A stretch of 53,196 nt of DNA from Candidatus Bathyarchaeia archaeon (GTDB lineage Archaea; Thermoproteota; Bathyarchaeia; Bathyarchaeales; Bathycorpusculaceae), in assembly GCA_049969855.1 (NCBI GenBank), contig JBMFOB010000009.1, forward strand, positions 1 through 53,196, written 5' to 3'. Numbering within the stretch: position 1 is the stretch's first letter; each line of letters begins with the position of its first letter. Made by a program: the position numbers and the translations under genes. Below the pieces are notes generated by a model. The model ran no database searches. It saw nothing but the letters and a program-made list of their open reading frames with translations, and was not told where the DNA came from. Below are positions 47,459 through 53,196 of the stretch, piece after piece.

Positions 47459-48989
47459 CGTTTCTGCGCACCTTCAAATGGCTCATGGGGTCGTTCAGAA
47501 TTTGGAGAATTCTATTGATAAGATCTGATGCAACCATGTGATACCCCTTCTCTTCATAAACAAAGTCTCCAGCAGCACCATTAACAAAAGCTCCAGCCAC
47601 AGCCGCCTCAAAAGGATCGCACTGCTGGGCTAAGAAGGCGCCGACAATTCCTGAAAGGACATCTCCTGTTCCGCCAACAGTCATGCCTGGATTCCCAGTA
47701 AAGTTGAGCTTGAACCGTTTTTCGTCGCAGATTATATCAACGGGTCCTTTCAGCAGTAGTACTGCGCCTAATTCTGCAGCTGTCTCCTGCACTTCAGAAA
47801 TCCTTTCCTTCAAATTTTCTGAAAGCTTCTTTCCAGTTAGTATGGAGTATTCGCCAGCATGAGGCGTCAAAACCAAGGGAACATTTAATTTTCTCTTAAA
47901 CTCTGAAAAAGCCTTAAGCCCATCAGCATCCAAAAGCAAGGGTTTCCCAGCCGTTTCCACAGCCTCAACCACAGCCTTTACAGCCTCACGGGTTTCCACA
48001 TGCAAACCAAGACCAGGTCCTAAAACAACGGCGTTGGCGATTTCTATATAGGTTTTCAACGCTGGTATGTTGCTCACGTTTAAGTGACTTCTTTCAAGCT
48101 TAATTGTGATTAAATCCGGCGACATGGAAGATATGGTGTAAGCGGTTTTTTCTGGCGCAGCAATATAGGCTAAATCAACGCCAGTCCGTAGAGCGGCTAA
48201 AGCCACAAAGGCTGGGGCTCCTGAAAAGCTTTCGCTTCCACCAATAACGAGCAAACGTCCAAAATCTCCTTTATGAGATTCTGATGGGCGGGGTTTGGCA
48301 ACTAGTGAAACATCTCCTGGGCCGGCGAAGTTTTCAAAATCTTTTGGCAAGCCTATGTCTTTCACTTTTAATTCGCCGACATACTCTTTTGCTTTTTCAA
48401 GCCCCTTTTTGGTTTTGTGAAACGTTATTGTCAGGTTGGCTTTGACGGCTTCGCCTAAAACTTCTCCAGTGTCTGAATCTATTCCTGTTGGCACGTCAAC
48501 TGCAACTTTAAAAGCGTTAATTGTGTTAATTCTTTGGACAAGTTGCAAAATTGGCGGTCTCAGTTTTCCTTTCGTGCCTATCCCAAGCAAGGCATCAATT
48601 ACTACATCCGCAGTTATTTCGGGTATAAGCGTACTGTCATAAACTTCGTATATTGGAATTGTTTCCTTCAAAAATTGTAGGGCTTCCAAGTTTTTTAACG
48701 CCGCTTTGTCTGTTATTTCTTTGGCTTTTCCAGCAAGGATAACTGTGACTTTGAAACCAAGCGAAGAGAGATGTCTGGCGGCAACGAAACCGTCGCCACC
48801 ATTTCCGCCTAATCCGCAGAAAATTGCAACACTTTTTTCTGGTTGGAATCGTGAAGCAACTTCTAAAGCCACATTATGCCCAGCATTCTCCATTAACTGA
48901 AACCGGGAAACACCGAAATATTCAGCATTTAACTCAAGAGCACGCATCTCACGACTTGTTATGTAATTTTCTGTCATACTGAAACCCAA
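47442..48989 (-). CDS. nnr: Bifunctional NAD(P)H-hydrate epimerase/dehydratase (YjeF)
   Basis: LMENAG, GNGGDG, VDVPTG, HKGDFG, DADGL, TPHAGE, GGTGDVLSG. Confidence 0.96.
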   Translation of the reverse strand: MGFSMTENYITSREMRALELNAEYFGVSRFQLMENAGHNVALEVASRFQPEKSVAIFCGLGGNGGDGFVAARHLSSLGFKVTVILAGKAKEITDKAALKNLEALQFLKETIPIYEVYDSTLIPEITADVVIDALLGIGTKGKLRPPILQLVQRINTINAFKVAVDVPTGIDSDTGEVLGEAVKANLTITFHKTKKGLEKAKEYVGELKVKDIGLPKDFENFAGPGDVSLVAKPRPSESHKGDFGRLLVIGGSESFSGAPAFVALAALRTGVDLAYIAAPEKTAYTISSMSPDLITIKLERSHLNVSNIPALKTYIEIANAVVLGPGLGLHVETREAVKAVVEAVETAGKPLLLDADGLKAFSEFKRKLNVPLVLTPHAGEYSILTGKKLSENLKERISEVQETAAELGAVLLLKGPVDIICDEKRFKLNFTGNPGMTVGGTGDVLSGIVGAFLAQQCDPFEAAVAGAFVNGAAGDFVYEEKGYHMVASDLINRILQILNDPMSHLKVRRNGAKKD

Positions 48990-49027
48990 ATAGCTAATGC
49001 TTAAAAATAGAAGATAAGCCTATCCGT

Positions 49028-51267
49028 TTAGATTGGAGAAGGTATAATGCGACTTAAGCGAATATCTAATTCAGAGTTTGCGCCCGCATTAGTTTGTGCC
49101 AAGTTCAATTGATCCACATAAAAATAAGCGTATACTATGAATATGTTATCGTTAAGGTTTATATCTCCCAAGATTTCGCTTGTGTATGCTTCTATTTCAT
49201 AGGGTCCAGTGACATCTGGTGTCCATGTAAAGTTTAGCGTTAACATTTCTTCAGGAGCTAAAATTACCACTTGACTTCCGATAGGTGGGTCATAGATAAG
49301 TGTGTAGTTGAGGTGGAGAGTGAAGGTTTCGTTGAAATCACCTTTGTTTTGTAATGTTACATAAATTATGTTTGTCTCGTTTCCCGTTGGATTCTGTTTT
49401 GAAAATGAAATGTTTTGGATAGCTATGTCGTGGACACCTATTATAACAATGCCATATGTGAAATTATTGTTAACTAGGTTGGATTCTCCGTCAACTGGTG
49501 TGGCGCAAACCCTAACTATGTATTTGTCTCTTTGAAAACTTGTTGTATTCCAAAGAAATGTCATAGTTTCAAATGCTCCCCGTGTTAAGTTTTCAATCAT
49601 TTCTGTTTCAACGGCTGTCGAGTTTGCATAAAATGTTACGTTGAAAGTTTCAGTGAAATCTCCATTGTTGGCAACCGTCGCATTAACTTCCAGCGTTTCT
49701 CCATGTTCAATAAGAGTTGCGGAAGGGACAACATCAATTACTGCTACATCATGAGTGAAGCCTAAAAACTTTTGATTAGTCGGCAAGTCTTGAAGTTTTG
49801 AAATATTTAGTATACTGTTCCAGTCGCTTGAAAATTTTATTTCGTAGATGCCGCTTGACGGAAACTCGCAGAGCACAGGAACAGCGCCATAAATAAATTC
49901 CAGTTGTCCACCGGCTATGACGGTGACCCGCAAAGTTGTTGCGTTAAGATTTAAGCTGTACAATTCTGGGTCTATGTCAAAAAAGTATTCGTAGGAATAC
50001 TCCTCCAACGGAAAAACGATAGCGGTTGTTTTTGGCACAATTCCCAGAAAAAGCATTAGTGTCAAAGCATAAGCTGTAGCATCATCCGAAACTGCTCCGT
50101 CGCTAGCCCATTTAAACTTGCCACTAACACTGTCATATAAGTTGGCTTCTGGGCTTTCAAGCAGTTTCCAAGCTGGATCTAACCCACCATATCCTCGTAA
50201 CATTTCTTGCATTGAGTACTGCGACTCATTTTCTAGCATATTATAGAAGGCTAATAGAGTCGTCCACGCACCAATAGTGTTTTGAAGTCTCCTCTGCGGG
50301 TTAGATGGGTAATGATGAACAACCACATATGTTGCTTTGTTTTCGCTGTTGCTGAACCACTGTTTACTGTTCCATTTGTCAACTAAGAAGCGGTTTTGCA
50401 AGTCAATGAAAATTCTTGACCAATTTCCCAAGTCATTTTCATAATACTTTAAGTTTGAGGCTATTTTTGCGAAAAAACCGGCTTCGCATTCGTAATCAGC
50501 CCAGTTCAAAGCATATTTGTAGTGGGTATTCTGATACCAAAGGTTGTTGTTAGTCCAATTCCACCAATATAAGGCATCGTTTAAAGCCTCCATTATGCCA
50601 AATTCGTAAAAAGTTAAGAAGCATTGGATGGTGCTGGCTGATTCATCATAGTAGCGAGGACCATAACTTATTGTCCAAGTGCTTCCGTTTGCGTTTATAA
50701 ATAATGCTGGGCGTCCATTGCTGTATATTGCTGTTTTGAAGAAATTGTAACCATTGGTTTGTTCCATTTATCCAGTCTATATTGGTATTTCTCAGCGTAG
50801 TAATAGCAGAACAAAGCATATTTTTCCTCAACACAGAAATAGTCAACTCCACCATACTTTGTTGTCCAAGGCAGCGGTCCAACCGTTGATAAGCCATCCA
50901 AAGCTGCCTTAATGGCTTCTTCTCGTTCTATCTCCAATTTCTTACAAATAACACTCCACTTTAATACATTTAACCAATCCCCGTTGGCGGCATAATTATC
51001 TATCAGCGTTTCCATATCCGCTTCGGTTTTCTCGCCAAAAAACATTCCCGCATACGTTGCTTTACTCCAACTCACGCTTTCACTAATTGCTTGTATTGCT
51101 TGAGCAAGAGTTGTATTAACCGTTTCACTATCGCTCATTTGTTCCATAACCGACAAATCAGCTGATGACAGATTTACGGTTGCACCATCGGATTGAACAA
51201 AAACTGAGAAATTTAATAAGATAAGTAGAAGAAAAATGCAAGCATCCCTCAAACTGCTCACTATCAT
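49028..51267 (-). pseudogene. Secreted CARDB-domain surface protein split by a 1-nt frameshift
   Basis: ORF 50695-51267 (signal peptide) joins ORF 49028-50767 as DKWNK-TNGYNFF if one base is added at 50758-50760; two HDVAV/HDIAI...NNN CARDB-like repeats. Confidence 0.75.
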
Positions 51268-51560
51268 TTTCCTTCTTAAGCCAAGCTATTTCATTGCTTA
51301 AATGTTAACATAAAGTTTCTGGAAAAATGTTCTATTACATTTAAGAGTTTCTGAAACAAGTTTCTCGTCAAAACCTCCACATCCAACAATAACAACCGAG
51401 CTTCGACAAGAAAACAAACAAATCTTCCACCTTAAACAATCTTCATAAGCTTATCCTTAGGAACAAGAATTGAATAGTAGGCACGAGTTGAAAGTCTCTA
51501 AACAGCCTCAAATGCATCCATCATCTCACACAATCAGAAACATAGACTTGTTAGAAGTGA

Positions 51561-51646
51561 CGCGGGGTGCGGGATTTGAACCCGCGCGGCCGTTACCGAC
51601 CACAGGCTTAGCAGGCCTGCCCCCTACCAGGCTAGGGCAACCCCGC
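51561..51646 (-). tRNA. tRNA-Ser(GCT)
   Basis: Acceptor GCGGGGT/ACCCCGC, CAGGC-CTGCTAA-GCCTG, long variable arm, T arm GCGGG-TTCAAAT-CCCGC, discriminator G. Confidence 0.95.
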
Positions 51647-51690
51647 AAAGGTATCTCTAACTCAGTTTTTGCGTCTTTGCTTTTTCGTTA

Positions 51691-52092
51691 TTAAATGGTT
51701 TGCGTGTTATTTTTGCTTTTCTTTAATAGTAGGTTTGTTATTGCGTCTGCTATTTTTTCTTTTTCTTCGTATTGTATTTGTTCGAAGAGCTCTATTAGTT
51801 TGTTTATGAGTAGTCTGTATCGTTTTGTGTGTTGGTTTAGGAGCCACTCTGCGAAGCCGTGGGCTAGTAGTTCTTTGGCGTGTTTTTCATTGTTTGTGTA
51901 GATTAGTATTGTGTCACCTATTACTTACTCCTCAAGTTGTTTTCCATTTTTGAATTTTATTGCACCGGGAAACCATTTTACTTGAACCTCGTGTCCCATG
52001 CCCATTTCGTTTTTGAGGAGCTCAAGTTCTTCAACTAGTTTCATTTCTACTGAGTTTTTCAAGGCCTCTGGAAGGTTGTTTGATCTTCTCAC
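51691..52092 (-). pseudogene. Hypothetical gene with an in-frame premature stop
   Basis: TAA at 51925-51927; the same frame continues 77 codons (VIGDTILIYTNNEKHAKELLAHGFAEWLL...) to TAA at 51691. Confidence 0.7.
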
Positions 52093-52099
52093 TTGTTTT

Positions 52100-52879
52100 T
52101 CACCTTTTTTCTGGGCAGATGTTTCCGAGGCAGTATCCCAAACGCTGAATTGTTCGGCATTTGAAGGGCTTCGCTGGGTTTTTCTGCGCGTGTTCCACAT
52201 AGTAGCGCGTTTTCAGTGGGCTATAATCTGGCTGGTTTCGGAAAAGTGGCACTATTTCGTCAATGCTGTAGCCGGCTTTCAGATATTCACGGGCTATTGC
52301 CAAACGCATAAGGTGCCCGTTTGCCCCTTCTAAGGGCAGCTGTAAAGCTTTTCGTATGCATGGGCGTATCCCTTTTACAAATGATTTGGATGAATCTGGC
52401 AACCTCGTGGATTTTAGGGCAATTATTTTCTCACGGGTTTTCAAATCCTTGATTACCGGAGACAACAGTTTCGGATCCAAGGTTTTGTAGTTGTCTAGAC
52501 TTTGAGGCGTGTAGGGCTTGCGGTCTAGGGTTATTGGGCAACATAGGCTTCCAGTTTCTTCGTGAATGCTAAAGGGCACGCGGCTTAGCCTTTTGATGTC
52601 TCCTATAACGGAATTGTCAAGCGTCTGTAGGTTTAGTCCCTTCACGAGTCTATTTTGCAGCTCTCTGTATGCTTGTTTTGCAAGATATAACTGCCCTAGG
52701 TCAAAATAGACAAGCTTGTCCAAGAAGGCGTAGACGTGGAACCCCTTGCGTCCGCTGTAAACGATTAATGGTTCAACGTGGTAGAAAGTTTTCAAGGCTT
52801 CAGCGAAAGCTTTCGCTTCTTTCCATGCTTGGTTTAGGTCCTTTTCACAGTCGAAGTCGAAGAACAGACTGGATACTCT
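52100..52879 (-). pseudogene. 5'-truncated archaeo-eukaryotic primase fused to a PriL-like Fe-S C-terminal domain
   Basis: FFDFD upstream of the ORF-track start, YSGRKGFHVY, GDIKRLSRVP; C-terminal RPCI...FKC...GYC...CP; in-frame TAG just upstream of motif I. Confidence 0.75.
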
Positions 52880-53196
52880 CTAAACTTGGTAGGTAGCCAA
52901 AATGGTAAGTAAATGTTAAAATTGTGTATGTTGATGTCGGCGTTTAAAATTCGTAAGCGTCAATACAAGAATTAATTTCATTACGCTAATAAACGCTTTT
53001 AAAAAATTGTTCTGTTAGTCATTGTTAACAGAAAAGAAAACTGGGTTGCGGATTAGATGTTAAACTTTTGTGGTATTGCGCGAGGTGGAAAGGTTGGAAT
53101 ATCAAAGGCTATATTATCCTTGTCTTTGTTCTAAAGAGTAGTTTTAAATGTGTTGATGTCCAACTGGTTTAATTAGGGCGTAGTGAGTTTGCATGC

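Larger units (their letters stand above)
51691..52880 (-). mobile_element. Decayed plasmid/virus-like remnant next to tRNA-Ser
   Basis: Two damaged co-oriented genes including a stand-alone primase; no integrase or att repeat visible in the window. Confidence 0.5.

Noticed and set aside
51470-51901. Plus-strand ORFs of 74 and 68 aa
   Set aside because: Antisense to tRNA-Ser and to the minus-strand pseudogene
51925-51927. Stop-codon recoding (Sec/Pyl)
   Set aside because: The codon is TAA and the neighbouring gene is also broken; simple nonsense mutation is more likely
51561-53196. tRNA-Ser as the attachment site of the primase element
   Set aside because: The element lies on the tRNA 5' side, and no duplicated tRNA fragment or integrase is visible in the window

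Overview
Archaeal chromosomal segment. Gene content, many TTG starts and intron-containing tRNA point to a TACK archaeon, most likely Bathyarchaeia (inference). Most of it is housekeeping: divergent pyrI/pyrB, DtxR-feoA-feoB, ABC-2 transporter, glpX, map, a trpS-pheS-pheT-tyrS-Toprim-dnaG cluster, polB, pelota, tRNA thiolase, AK6, DEAD-box helicase, alba, tsr3 and nnr. RNA genes are tRNA-Asn, -Pro, -Trp (two introns) and -Ser, a stand-alone 5S rRNA and RNase P RNA. Small AT-rich accessory patches carry frameshifted genes, an MNT-HEPN pair and a decayed primase-bearing mobile element at the right end. Best leads: (1) a wHTH + ATP-cone + class III RNR-fold protein lacking both catalytic cysteines and the glycyl-radical motif, a candidate nucleotide-sensing transcription factor; (2) an unassigned ~200-nt structured, K-turn-containing RNA between pheT and tyrS; (3) a PolB with a degenerate proofreading exonuclease; (4) dnaG apparently starting at ACG; (5) tRNA-Trp with a C/D-guide intron plus a second non-canonical intron. 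All calls come from reading motifs by eye; no searches or folding programs were run.
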